Of a stretch of 64,000 nt of DNA, positions 19,801 to 29,344 are shown piece after piece. Each line of letters opens with the position of its first letter. Position 1 is the first letter of the stretch. Origin of the DNA: Rubripirellula sp. (GTDB lineage: Bacteria > Planctomycetota > Planctomycetia > Pirellulales > Pirellulaceae); assembly GCA_965216875.1 (NCBI GenBank), contig OZ244207.1:8032001-8096000 (forward strand), read 5' to 3'. The position numbers and the translations under genes are program-made. Under the pieces are notes generated by a model. That model saw nothing but the letters and a program-made list of their open reading frames with translations. It had not been told where the DNA came from and searched no databases.

Positions 19801-22800
19801 CGGTCACTCGGCCGTTTCGATCGGTCATTGAATCGAGGTTGCCGCGGTTGTCGAATTGATAAGTTCGCGTATTCGTCCCCGTTTCGGTCGTACCTTGGAT
19901 TTCTTTAGTGACGCGATTGAGATTGTCGTAAACGAACGTTGTCTGGTTGCCGTTGGGGTCGGTCAACGCCGTCATGTTGCCACGTTCGTCGAACGCAAAA
20001 ACCGTCTCAAGGTCGGATGCAGTGGGCATCACTGTGGTTTGCGAGACAATATTGCCAAAGGAATCGTGCAGGTAATCGGTCTGGTTGCCTTCGCCATTGG
20101 TGTGTGAGACAAGGTTTCCGCTTGCGTCATAGCGAAAGTGCTCGACCAGGTCCGAGACAAGGCCATCGGTTGGCGTGGGATCAGGGTGAACCACTTTCAC
20201 TTGGCGATTCAAAGCGTCGTATTCGAATGTGGTGGCGATGCCCGTCGCATCGACTCGTTTCACAACGTTGCCGACACGGTCGTAGCCCGTCGTTGCGGTT
20301 GCATCGATCCCGCCTGAATCGGATGTGACACCAATCGGTCGATTGGCATCATCGTAGGCGTAGCTCGTCGTCACCGAAGCTTCACCTGTTCCGGTGTAGC
20401 TGGTGATCGTGAAGGTTTCGTCAATCAAGTTCCCAGCCGCATCGTAGAAAAACTCCGTACGATGGCGACCCAGATCGGACTGATTCGGTGCGTCCATCCG
20501 CTGAACCGTCATCCGGTTAAGCAGGTCGTATTCGTAGCGGTTGACGACATTGACGTTCGGATCCGAGGAGTTCACAGCGGAAAAGGACGCGACCCGGTTG
20601 CCCACGGCATCGTATTGCCATTCATTTCGGACAAAATCGTTGTCAAGACTTAACGCGGTGGAATTCAGTGTTTCGGCGGTAAGGCGATTCCGCGAGTCGT
20701 ATTCAAATCGATCGACGCGGGTCGGGACGCCCGGCGCCGACTCGGATGTTTCGCGGACGTTTCCATACCCGTCGATCTGGTAGTCGATTACAAGGCTTGC
20801 CAAAGGATTGGACGAGCTTCCGGCAACGTCATCAGGATCAGGAAGTGTCTGCTGAACCAGTCGATTCAGTTCGTCGTAGTCGGTCGTCGTGATGTAGCCA
20901 GGAAAATCGCCGAGTGCGACTTCCGTTGTCGTTAAATTACCGTTGCCATCGTAGCCGAACCGTGTGACGGCATCGTCTGATGGTGCGAGCGTAGTAACGA
21001 CTCCGTTGACCAAAGCCGATCGTTGGGCACGTTCCTCGACCAGTCGGTTGAGTTCGTCATAAACGAACGTCGTCTCGTAACCCAATGGATCGACAGAACT
21101 GACGAGGTTTCCAGCGTCGTCGTAGGAGCTAAGCGAGACGGGCGGAGCTGTGGCGCTGGTGCCGTCAGGATGGGCACCACTTTGACGGACCACACGCCCG
21201 CGGGAATCGTACTGCGACGCAATGGCGTGTCCCAAAGCGTTGACGGAGGCGACAAGTTGGCCTGCAGTGTCATAGACCCACTCGCTGCGGTTACCAACCG
21301 CATCGGTGATTTGAACTGGCCGATCAAGCGCGTCGTAGACCGTTTGCTGGACGTGCCCATTGGCATCTGTCATCGCGACTCGATTACCTGCCGCGTCGAA
21401 CTCGTGCGTAACGATTGGGCTAAGTTGACTAAGCGAGCCGTCGGGATCCGGCAGGATGGATTGATTCAATCGGCCGAACGCATCAAACACATTCTCCGAC
21501 CTTGCTCCGCGTTCGTTTTCCTCAAAACGAACGCGACCTGCAGCATCGTATTCGACAAGACGCTGTGTCCCATCCGCGTGAATCGTCTGCGAGAGTCGCC
21601 CAAGTGAATCGAAGGTAAAGTGGATGGATTGCACCACGTTTTTGCCGAGCGTACCGTTGACGGCCGTCAATCCAGTTTCAACCCGTTGATGCAAGTCATC
21701 GGCTAATAAGTCGGACGTCGCAATTCGATCATCTGCCAGCAGTGTGTCGTAGACAATTCGCACGACCGCGTTGCCCGCTGAATCAAACCCGGTCGTCTCG
21801 ACATAGATAGGCCGTTGGTTTGCCGTCGTTCGGGCGCTGGTTGACGGATCGGCGTTTGCAGCATCTGCGGCGGCAAGAACCATTGTCTTGACGATGCGGC
21901 CGAGATCATCGTGGAAGTATTGTGTGACGTTTCCACGAGCGTCAATGGACTCAATCAAATCGCCAAAGTGGTCGTACTTGTTGGCAACTTGAGTTTCGAC
22001 GGAGCTGTCCTTTGCGGCCAGCGCAGCGGTCACTTGGCCGCGTGGATTGTACGTGACTTCGCTTTTGCGCTGCAACTCATCAACGGTGGAAACGACGCGT
22101 CCCAATCCATCGTAGGAGGTATGGTTGGTCGAGCCATCTGCAAGGTTGGTTTGGATGACACGGTCACGGTTGTCATACACGAGTTCGGTAACACGGCCGA
22201 TCGGGTCGGTCGTCGAGACTGGGTTACCTTTCGCGTCGTAGGTGGTTACCCACTTCGATCCGCTCGCATCGACGCGTGAAACGATGTTTCCGCGATAGTC
22301 ATATTCGATCGTTGTGCCACGTCCAAGCGGATCAATCGATTGGATGATCCTTCCACGGCGATCGTATTCAAATTCAGAGACCAGATCGTCGTCGGTGGTA
22401 AGCGGGTCGCCTAGGTTGACCGACTTCGTTAGTCTGCCGACGTCATCGTAACTCGACGCGACGGATCGACCCGTGCCGTCGGTAAGCAGCTCAGGTGCGC
22501 CGGTATGATGGTACTGAGACGTTTGAATCAGTAAGCCGCTGTCGGAAACCGTTGAAACGCCCTGGCGTAATTCCGTAACATTCCCCGCTGCATCATAGGT
22601 AAACGTTTTTGTGAAAGCGTTGTAGTGGTCGCCAGCGGACGGATCGACTGTTTGATCCACGACCGACTCGACATACGATCCTGAGGTGTCGGGGCCATCG
22701 TAGATGCGGTACGCCGCTGTCGAGTCCGCTCCCGCGACGGTCGTCCAGGTGGTCGCGATGCGATAAAAGCCCGGGACTAGGTTGCTAAACGACCAGGTTG

Positions 22801-25800
22801 CGTGGTTCTGTTGCCCAACCAGAAGCGACGTGAGTTTGATCGCGTCGCCGTGGTATTGATTGAGGCCCGTACCACTTACGGGGCCTGTGTCACCTCCCGT
22901 GGTGTACATCGCGAAGGTCCCCGTGGGACCACTGAAATTGTCGTCGCTGATTCGAATCAATTGCCCCAGGCCGTCCTGGTCGATTCGTTCGATTCGAATC
23001 GCATCAGCGACAACGGCCCCCTCGCCAGCGACCGACTCGAGGCGGATGGTCAGCGAATCTCCGGTGACTTGGAATCGAGATCGTTGTTCTTCGGTTGGCT
23101 GGGTTTCGTCGCGGAGGACTCGCCAAACGACCGCTTCGTTCTCTTCGGTATCGGTTGAGTCGAAGTGACCTCGAGCAGATGTCTCCGACGCAAGCATCCC
23201 AACGTTGACGCCACTGGAGTGGTAGGTGAACGTTGTTACGTTGTCTTCGCCGTCCGTCAGGCTTGTGAGACGACCGGCGCCATCATATTGCATCGACGTG
23301 GAGCGTTCGTTCGCCGTGCCAACATCGCGATGGATGCTGGATTGGCTAACAATATGCTCGCTGCCAATGTCCGTGGCTTGCACGTAGTTGAACTCAGTGA
23401 CAGTTCCCAGTGGATCAGTTGCCCGGTAGAGGCGTCGATTCTTGAAGTCTTGCGTGTTGTAGTACTCAAATACCTCGGTTGCCCCGACCTCATCGGAACG
23501 ATCACGCATCAAGTATTCCGTTCCATCGACAATGCCACCGCTGCCATCCTCGACACCCCAATGAGTGATCACTCGAGAACGATCGTCATGAACGTGGCGT
23601 AGGAGTCGACCACTTTCCTCGTGCACGTAGGTGGTCACATTGCCGTTTTCATCAGTGAATTCGGTGGTGTTTGTGAAGAGGTTGTAATTGAAGCTATGCG
23701 ATGACTTTGGAACAAAGCTCTGGCCTTCGACAACTCCCTCGGTGACGCGAAACGCGCGTTTGTTGGCGTAGTACTCGTAGTCGTGGTAGGTGTCGTCGGC
23801 CTCGATGATTCGAGACATCAGGCCTGTGCTAGGTCCAGCGGCATGGTACTCATATTCAACCTTGTCAAATTCCGGGTTCGTTGCACTGGTGAGCCGAGTT
23901 CCCGCTGGATCGTACTGGTACGTCCAGGTGGCCTCGACAATGCCATCAACAACCTTCTCGACTTCGTGAATCGTTGTGGTCGAGTCATAGTCAAAACGTA
24001 GTGCACGCGAAGTTGTGGCGATATCGTGTACGGCTTCAAGCTCAAACTGTCGAAACCAGTGGTAGTCCAATTGAACACCGTGGCCGTCGCGATCAACGAC
24101 CGAGGAGAGTCGAGCGACATAGTCCAATTCTGTATCGGCAGCGACGGCTGTCACGTTGCCATTGAAGTGATGCTCCAACCCAGTGTCAGATCGATAAACA
24201 AAATTCCCGCTCGTCTCTGTTAGTACGCCGAAGAGTTCTACGGGCGTTTGCCATTGATTGCCAACTTTGGTGAAGGTGTGACGGACACCCGCGGAAGTGA
24301 ACCAGATCATTTCGTCCGGTTTGGTTGGGTCTTGCATCAAGCGATCCCCAAAACTGTGCGTCCAGCCAACGCCCAATCCGACATCAAATTCGGACTGAGA
24401 GTCGTAGTGTCTAGCAAAGTTCAGCGCGACTCCCTTGTTGGGCATAACAACGTCAACATCATCGCGGAACATGTTCCCGTTGAGAACGTTGACTGGATCG
24501 CCGACGTAATTTACGAAATGGGTGGCGGCAGCCTTGATGGTGTCTAGCGTTTGCGCGACCGCGTTGCCTGAGAATCCACCGTTCATTGTCGTGCCGCCAA
24601 GCTGCTGGATCGCATATTGAGCGACGCTGACGCTTGCAGAAAGAGATTTATCTAGAACATAAACTCCTCCCTCCCAATACGACGTGTCATCCCCGGCATA
24701 GCTGTGTGCCTCTGGGATCACCGCTGTCGCCGTATCCACCACATTAGTGGTCAGCTTAATCCAGACTTCATCGAGGATCGCAGGATCTTGGTTGGGCAGT
24801 AGCGATTTGAGATCGGCGCTCGATGTCGCGACGAGGTTCGTACGATTTGCTTGGAATGGGTAATGGTTGGGGCCTTCGCTGGCTCGTTCGCCGAGTTCTC
24901 CACGTACATAGACCGTGCGCCCACCGGGCTCGTCGATGCTATCGATGACCCAGACCGAATTCAAATCCGCGCCGGTGATCGCCGGATCTCCGATGTAAGC
25001 ATCCCGCAGCCCGCGAATCGTCGATACGCTTTCGGTGTTGATCGTTTCCTCGATCACACCACTTTCAAGTGCTGATGCGTTGTAGCCGGTAAGTTGGAAG
25101 AGTTCTTCGTTGCCGAGGTCTGTACTTGATTCGTCCAAGCGAATGTCAATTGAACCGAACGAGCCACCCGGAAGATCGACACCCAAATTGCGAGGTACGA
25201 TGGGACTCTGCAGATGGCTGAAATCACCTGAAAGCAATATGTCATCTGCTAGCACAAGCCCCGCTTGGACATCTCGGTCGTACGGCACATGGTGCATTAA
25301 CGCTTGAGCATGCCTAGCGAACCGCCTTTGGTCATACCAGTATTTTGACGACACATACTGAGTGACATATTCGATGTCAGCGATTGTGGGAGTGTCACCC
25401 GCAGAAATGATCGCTTCACGCCGACGAATCAGGGCGTCATTGGAGTACTGGTCTGCATCAATCGATACGTGGTAATGTCGTCCGAAATCGACGTCGTTGA
25501 TTTGGAATTGCAACGGATTACCGATCGGCACCGAAACGCCCGGCCGAGCTCGATGAATCTGCAAGGTGTTGGTGCCCGCTGGCAACTGAACGGAAGAGCC
25601 GACAGTGTTGCCATCCACAGTAAAGGTCAGCTGGTTGTTTGCATCGACAAACACAGTCATCGCGTCGAGTGCAGCATCGGGCACGATCACATCATGCGAC
25701 CAAGTGTTGGCGACTAGGCGGACCCGATGAGTGTGGTTCAGGGCGAGTGTGGGATTGGCAACCACGTCGCTGAAACTGCCAAGGATTGTTATGCCAGTCG

Positions 25801-28789
25801 CATTTGCATAGCGACCGTCGGTATGAATGGGCTGATCAGCAAGCCGCTTTTGAATGATGGGGCCGTCATAGGGTATCTGCGAGATCGACGCACTCATGCC
25901 ACTGCTGTGAAGCTCTTCGGCGAGCCGGTCTTCAAAGTATTCGATCGGCAGTTGGTCGGACGTCGCGATGTAATCAAACTCATCAAATTCGCCGTTCGGA
26001 CCCGTGAGGGTCAATTCGATTCCGCTTTGGCGGTTCTTCAACTTGAACGACGGGTCGATATCAATCCACTGAAGGCCTTCGTCGGTAGGGACCTTTGCTC
26101 TGACCCACGCGTGAGTGATCTCGGTAATTCCATTTCCAAGGTTCGTAACACCACTACCCGAGAGTGCGTTGAAAAGAAGCAATCGTGCTGCGTGGTGCTC
26201 GCGGGTGCCCAGCCAATCTTGGAGTTCGTCATCGCCAAACTGGACGTCGCCGGTGACGATTTCCGCTTCGATGCCGATCTCGGCGAGCTTGTTAACAAGT
26301 AAAGCGGACTGGTCCCATGGATTCCCTCGTTGAGTCTCCTCTGTCGCCTGAGGTCCCTTCATAAAGCCTGGGTAGAGCTGCATCTCGACGTTGTTGTAGA
26401 CGTCCAAGAAGGCGTTGGTGGTCGCTTGGTAAGGCCCGTCACCATCCACCGGCTCTTGGCCAAGTGATTCGCTGTAGAAGCCGTCGAACCAATCGCCCCA
26501 GTCGGAGTCAACGGTGTCGAATGTCAGGTTCCCACTGGATGAATCGATATGAGAGGTGCTGACATGCCAAGCCGGAGCTGCCGCATTGTCTTGGCTGGGC
26601 GATGTATCGTTGGCAAGCGACGGATTGGTCGAGGCAACGAGGTCGTCGCGTCCGTCGCGATTGACGTCCACAACGAAAAGGTTGCCTCGAAATGCATTGG
26701 ATTGGTGTTCGTGCGACAGCCCTGCCGTAAGCAGTTGCGGTGTTCCGGTTGCTCCGAGTCCGAGTACCCGCCATCGACTATCGTCGACGGATCCATCATT
26801 GGTGATGCTGTCTTTGCGACCGATCAACTCTTCTCTGCCGTCACCATCAAAATCACCAACGAGTACTTCCTCGTCATGCCAGTCGGGACTGAGACTGGTC
26901 GAATAGGGGACGAAGCTCGTTGTGTCTGAAATCGCGATCGTCCATTGCCCCGTCGGATCGCGATACGCAAGATCATCGCGGCCGTCACCATTAAAGTCTG
27001 CGGCACGCCAGGTTTCGGCCGCCGCCGCTAGGCTTAGTACTCTAACACCATCGCTAGAAACAACGTCAAGTGTCGATGCTTTGTAGGACAGCGACTCTAT
27101 CCTGCCGTCTCCGTCAAAGTCGCCCTCCACGGCAAGTTCGTGTTCGTCAAGCTTGTCGGGCGCGATGCCAGACGCGAGCTTTGCGATGGCATTAGCGGAA
27201 AGTGGAACGCCAAAAATTGCGAAATCGTCAATGTACCCGTCGCCACCTGCACCCAAGTGGCCGCCCACAAACAGGGCTGTAAAGTCGGTTGGCAGCAGTG
27301 CCGCGGTGGTATCCGAAGCAACAAGGTGCCCATCGATCCAAATCGACTTGTCCGAACCATCTTGAACAAAGGCAAAGTGCCGCCATTGACCCGGCAAATC
27401 GACTGGGCTGTCGAGGCTCAGGCTCTGGCCCGGGTTTTGGAATCCTGCCGTATCGAAGTAGAGTCGGTTGTCACCGTAAGGTGCTCTGATCGCCAAGCCA
27501 ATGCCAGAGTCGCCAGAAGGAGCTTCGCCAAATACGGTTACAGCATCTCCAAGGGAGTCGATTTGCTGCCAGTACGAGATTGTGAGCCCGTTTGTCAAAC
27601 CAGTATTCAAGAAGCTAGCGTCATTGATCACGCTGTAGCCAGATCGGGTGTTCAGAGCATAATCACCGACCTTGCCAGATCTTCCCCCAGTGTTGTGAGA
27701 GTGTTCGGCTCCGACAAAGTCAGCGGTTGCGTTGTTGTATGTGCTTCGAGCACTGTCAGCCGAGCTGGCGTCGTTGTAGTCGAAATAGGCAATCAGCTCG
27801 AAATCTGTCTTGACTGACACTTTGGCAGGCGTGTGGAGCGTGCCGTCCGTTACCCATACATAGAACTCGTCGTCCCCTTCGAAACCGGAGTTGGGTGTGT
27901 AGGAGAACGACCCGTCCGTTGCGACAGTGCCTGGCTGAAGCGTGCCGTTCGCTGGCGGCGTATTACTGAGAACCGACAACGCCAACCCCAATGGATGCGA
28001 GTCGTTTGTGAGCACGCCGTCAGATGAAGCAATCGTGATCTGATTACCATGAGTGCCGTATGCGTCGTCTACGGACGTTGGCGCATCCTCAGGCGAGCTG
28101 GCGGAAGTGCCGTAATTTGGCTGGAACTGGGCATAGTCGAATAAGTTGACGACGCCATTGCCCTCATAGTCAAAGACGGGGTTAAAGTTGGGGTGCGAGG
28201 AAACGTAACCGTAGGTGGATCGGAACGCGGCGAAGTCAAACAGGCTAACAATCCCGTCACCATCGCTATCCCCGAACAGCCTGAATAGCTGATGTTGCGA
28301 TTTGGTGCCGTAGATGAAGTCATCACCTCCAACACCATCGCCATTGCCGTCCAACGCGATTCCGTCGGCAGTAACCAATGAAGAATTGATTCGAAGCTGA
28401 TAAATACCATCGGTCAGTGAAGCGGGAGATGTCCCGCGGTCTTGCACGCTCGGCCCAGGCTGGAATGTTAGCGATACGACGGTTTTTCCATCGACGACAC
28501 TCGAGGATGTAACATCGGTCGCGAACTCTGCCGTGTTCATATTAGCGACAACAAATGCGTCGCCGCCGCTGATTGACACCTCGGAATCGAATACGACAGA
28601 AATCTCGGTCAGATGCGACCGATGTGTGTCGCCTCCATTGATTTCGACCAGTTCAATTTGCGGTGCAATGTTTGCGGCAAGTAGCGAGCGTGACTCCAGT
28701 CGCTCCAAGAACGCTTTGCGTTTCTTTCGGTTTTTGCGTGCTGTAAGTGCATATTTTGACCGCAGAAGTCCGTTTCGTGGTTTGCGCAT
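16841..28789 (-). CDS. Giant Rhs/YD-repeat polymorphic toxin (3982 aa)
   Basis: In order: planctomycete LERLESRSLLA motif, dockerin-like GDSDGDG repeats, Ig-like, LamG-like, FG-GAP (GDFDGDG), transglutaminase-like, DUF6531-like GDPVN...GWT, many YD repeats, Rhs core RFISEDPIG...NLYSY...DPSGL, then a ~415-aa tip. Confidence 0.93.
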   Translation of the reverse strand: MRKPRNGLLRSKYALTARKNRKKRKAFLERLESRSLLAANIAPQIELVEINGGDTHRSHLTEISVVFDSEVSISGGDAFVVANMNTAEFATDVTSSSVVDGKTVVSLTFQPGPSVQDRGTSPASLTDGIYQLRINSSLVTADGIALDGNGDGVGGDDFIYGTKSQHQLFRLFGDSDGDGIVSLFDFAAFRSTYGYVSSHPNFNPVFDYEGNGVVNLFDYAQFQPNYGTSASSPEDAPTSVDDAYGTHGNQITIASSDGVLTNDSHPLGLALSVLSNTPPANGTLQPGTVATDGSFSYTPNSGFEGDDEFYVWVTDGTLHTPAKVSVKTDFELIAYFDYNDASSADSARSTYNNATADFVGAEHSHNTGGRSGKVGDYALNTRSGYSVINDASFLNTGLTNGLTISYWQQIDSLGDAVTVFGEAPSGDSGIGLAIRAPYGDNRLYFDTAGFQNPGQSLSLDSPVDLPGQWRHFAFVQDGSDKSIWIDGHLVASDTTAALLPTDFTALFVGGHLGAGGDGYIDDFAIFGVPLSANAIAKLASGIAPDKLDEHELAVEGDFDGDGRIESLSYKASTLDVVSSDGVRVLSLAAAAETWRAADFNGDGRDDLAYRDPTGQWTIAISDTTSFVPYSTSLSPDWHDEEVLVGDFDGDGREELIGRKDSITNDGSVDDSRWRVLGLGATGTPQLLTAGLSHEHQSNAFRGNLFVVDVNRDGRDDLVASTNPSLANDTSPSQDNAAAPAWHVSTSHIDSSSGNLTFDTVDSDWGDWFDGFYSESLGQEPVDGDGPYQATTNAFLDVYNNVEMQLYPGFMKGPQATEETQRGNPWDQSALLVNKLAEIGIEAEIVTGDVQFGDDELQDWLGTREHHAARLLLFNALSGSGVTNLGNGITEITHAWVRAKVPTDEGLQWIDIDPSFKLKNRQSGIELTLTGPNGEFDEFDYIATSDQLPIEYFEDRLAEELHSSGMSASISQIPYDGPIIQKRLADQPIHTDGRYANATGITILGSFSDVVANPTLALNHTHRVRLVANTWSHDVIVPDAALDAMTVFVDANNQLTFTVDGNTVGSSVQLPAGTNTLQIHRARPGVSVPIGNPLQFQINDVDFGRHYHVSIDADQYSNDALIRRREAIISAGDTPTIADIEYVTQYVSSKYWYDQRRFARHAQALMHHVPYDRDVQAGLVLADDILLSGDFSHLQSPIVPRNLGVDLPGGSFGSIDIRLDESSTDLGNEELFQLTGYNASALESGVIEETINTESVSTIRGLRDAYIGDPAITGADLNSVWVIDSIDEPGGRTVYVRGELGERASEGPNHYPFQANRTNLVATSSADLKSLLPNQDPAILDEVWIKLTTNVVDTATAVIPEAHSYAGDDTSYWEGGVYVLDKSLSASVSVAQYAIQQLGGTTMNGGFSGNAVAQTLDTIKAAATHFVNYVGDPVNVLNGNMFRDDVDVVMPNKGVALNFARHYDSQSEFDVGLGVGWTHSFGDRLMQDPTKPDEMIWFTSAGVRHTFTKVGNQWQTPVELFGVLTETSGNFVYRSDTGLEHHFNGNVTAVAADTELDYVARLSSVVDRDGHGVQLDYHWFRQFELEAVHDIATTSRALRFDYDSTTTIHEVEKVVDGIVEATWTYQYDPAGTRLTSATNPEFDKVEYEYHAAGPSTGLMSRIIEADDTYHDYEYYANKRAFRVTEGVVEGQSFVPKSSHSFNYNLFTNTTEFTDENGNVTTYVHEESGRLLRHVHDDRSRVITHWGVEDGSGGIVDGTEYLMRDRSDEVGATEVFEYYNTQDFKNRRLYRATDPLGTVTEFNYVQATDIGSEHIVSQSSIHRDVGTANERSTSMQYDGAGRLTSLTDGEDNVTTFTYHSSGVNVGMLASETSARGHFDSTDTEENEAVVWRVLRDETQPTEEQRSRFQVTGDSLTIRLESVAGEGAVVADAIRIERIDQDGLGQLIRISDDNFSGPTGTFAMYTTGGDTGPVSGTGLNQYHGDAIKLTSLLVGQQNHATWSFSNLVPGFYRIATTWTTVAGADSTAAYRIYDGPDTSGSYVESVVDQTVDPSAGDHYNAFTKTFTYDAAGNVTELRQGVSTVSDSGLLIQTSQYHHTGAPELLTDGTGRSVASSYDDVGRLTKSVNLGDPLTTDDDLVSEFEYDRRGRIIQSIDPLGRGTTIEYDYRGNIVSRVDASGSKWVTTYDAKGNPVSTTDPIGRVTELVYDNRDRVIQTNLADGSTNHTSYDGLGRVVSTVDELQRKSEVTYNPRGQVTAALAAKDSSVETQVANKYDHFGDLIESIDARGNVTQYFHDDLGRIVKTMVLAAADAANADPSTSARTTANQRPIYVETTGFDSAGNAVVRIVYDTLLADDRIATSDLLADDLHQRVETGLTAVNGTLGKNVVQSIHFTFDSLGRLSQTIHADGTQRLVEYDAAGRVRFEENERGARSENVFDAFGRLNQSILPDPDGSLSQLSPIVTHEFDAAGNRVAMTDANGHVQQTVYDALDRPVQITDAVGNRSEWVYDTAGQLVASVNALGHAIASQYDSRGRVVRQSGAHPDGTSATAPPVSLSSYDDAGNLVSSVDPLGYETTFVYDELNRLVEERAQRSALVNGVVTTLAPSDDAVTRFGYDGNGNLTTTEVALGDFPGYITTTDYDELNRLVQQTLPDPDDVAGSSSNPLASLVIDYQIDGYGNVRETSESAPGVPTRVDRFEYDSRNRLTAETLNSTALSLDNDFVRNEWQYDAVGNRVASFSAVNSSDPNVNVVNRYEYDLLNRMTVQRMDAPNQSDLGRHRTEFFYDAAGNLIDETFTITSYTGTGEASVTTSYAYDDANRPIGVTSDSGGIDATATTGYDRVGNVVKRVDATGIATTFEYDALNRQVKVVHPDPTPTDGLVSDLVEHFRYDASGNLVSHTNGEGNQTDYLHDSFGNIVSQTTVMPTASDLETVFAFDERGNMTALTDPNGNQTTFVYDNLNRVTKEIQGTTETGTNTRTYQFDNRGNLDSMTDRNGRVTDYDYDGLDRKTSETFLNGSTAEQTLAWEYDKLGRLTRSYFLDDAYSQQQVYTDTFEYDALGRLVQQLNSDDASGASRGNPQLLQTYQHDDLTNYSGTGLNAYQYKQTFEPINQSIPDDNITYVDAVIEFDSLGRQILINEAAAQGQGEKSVAFGYDDAGRTTSITRHADTDNDPQTGTNGFDFYFGSQFAYDPSGRLEQIAHRRDSESASPFATYDYLYDNASRITQVDSTSSWPTLDVSRTEVAGFDDAGRLASWDYDLVDNHVSATDLSASVDRVFELDSAGNRDRVLDNGVEVANQVVGDFNRITTDGGSGPAYTYDNEGNLTGRDNGPGDYVEYVWDHRNRLVEVRQKPSAVGSATDRVRLTYSNGNLLVRKIVETQNGGGDWDISDVEHYVYQGDQLVAVLQGNWTDQTGADDTTTTDGSYKRRVLSGPATDTPIYEQEYVDPLIHGGTQSGPYWTATDHNGSVRDVLIGADELLVQHLEYDAFGDITGVFDDTESSVALDALAVDAAFAGRSWDSDVGLYNNRARWYDGGQGRFISEDPIGHAGGVNLYSYAAGDPVNFRDPSGLVLSGHPLVALGSSIGTAVNSTASSVVGSLAGYYANSQPTPSGWESVSNFAQGVGSAIGNISVGNLGAVSSQLSSAVGGFTSAASSIVQTQYAANRLHYGERYGLQHLRADQAMGFLDNKYTPQQIRALDMMFTYEAAGQRSDYLYATGGSDALSISERMALRELQGDLWNQFRAEGLDNLPINLGPLHGADAFGFESETGGIITRLRSLRSIPVGLEDAGITSIQPEFYAAGLGAGLFRAAATAGLRGVAGELAAESINAVAGAPVSLLGSGRSLLRAPSPTATVRHATPEAYAGVRQASQQLRDAGVPRHIRKQVLESFDRKAMQVRVAGDAEYGIRYFDNVNAWPKGRYLFEEFPATRNSLALPTDWNQMTHFRQFQIRPGTTIFEGPAARQGFYPGGQIQKYIADLDNLIAP

Positions 28790-29172
28790 CCTGAGCTCAA
28801 ATGATATGTGCCATGGCCGATGCGACGGCCGGTTCAGTAACTGCCTTTACCAGCACCGACATGCAGCCGGCGAGAGTTATTCTCACGATACAGGTCGTGA
28901 GCGGTCTTTGCGATAGGGCAATCGCAAAAATAAATGGCATCGACAACCCTTAATATTTAAAGGTGAAGCGACGAACTCTCTGCTCAATCCTTCCATGATG
29001 CGGAGCCGCGACAGCCGTATTCTTCCAAAAGGATTTGGTGTCGAACACCGTTATCGGATGATGAAGAACGAGATAGCAAAATGATGGACGGAAAAAACAA
29101 GAGCTGATCGCAGTCCATGTTTCTCTCCCTCTTTCCGCAGCCATTTGACGGTGTGGGCTAGGGCCCTCTTCG

Positions 29173-29295
29173 GTTGTTGCTGACAGGTTGGTTTTGGACG
29201 ACCTGGGCGCAATGCGTGTGCGGAGACTTGATCGAGATTTCCAATCGGTCTGACTTGCCAATGCATCGGCGACGTGGCGGCTGATCGTCTCGAAC
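29173..29295 (-). pseudogene. Degenerate copy of the 3' end of the CobW-like GTPase gene
   Basis: Aligns to 31219-31343 (DALASQT.W..DQVSAHALRPGRP.PT) with substitutions and frameshifts. Confidence 0.85.
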
Positions 29296-29344
29296 CGACC
29301 GGGAACTGTGGTGCAAGAAAAGACCTCCGTCCCCTGTTTTCCTC

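Noticed and set aside
28948..28963. AT-rich near-palindrome ccttaatatttaaagg upstream of the Rhs gene
   Set aside because: Single imperfect copy with no linked regulator; not enough support.
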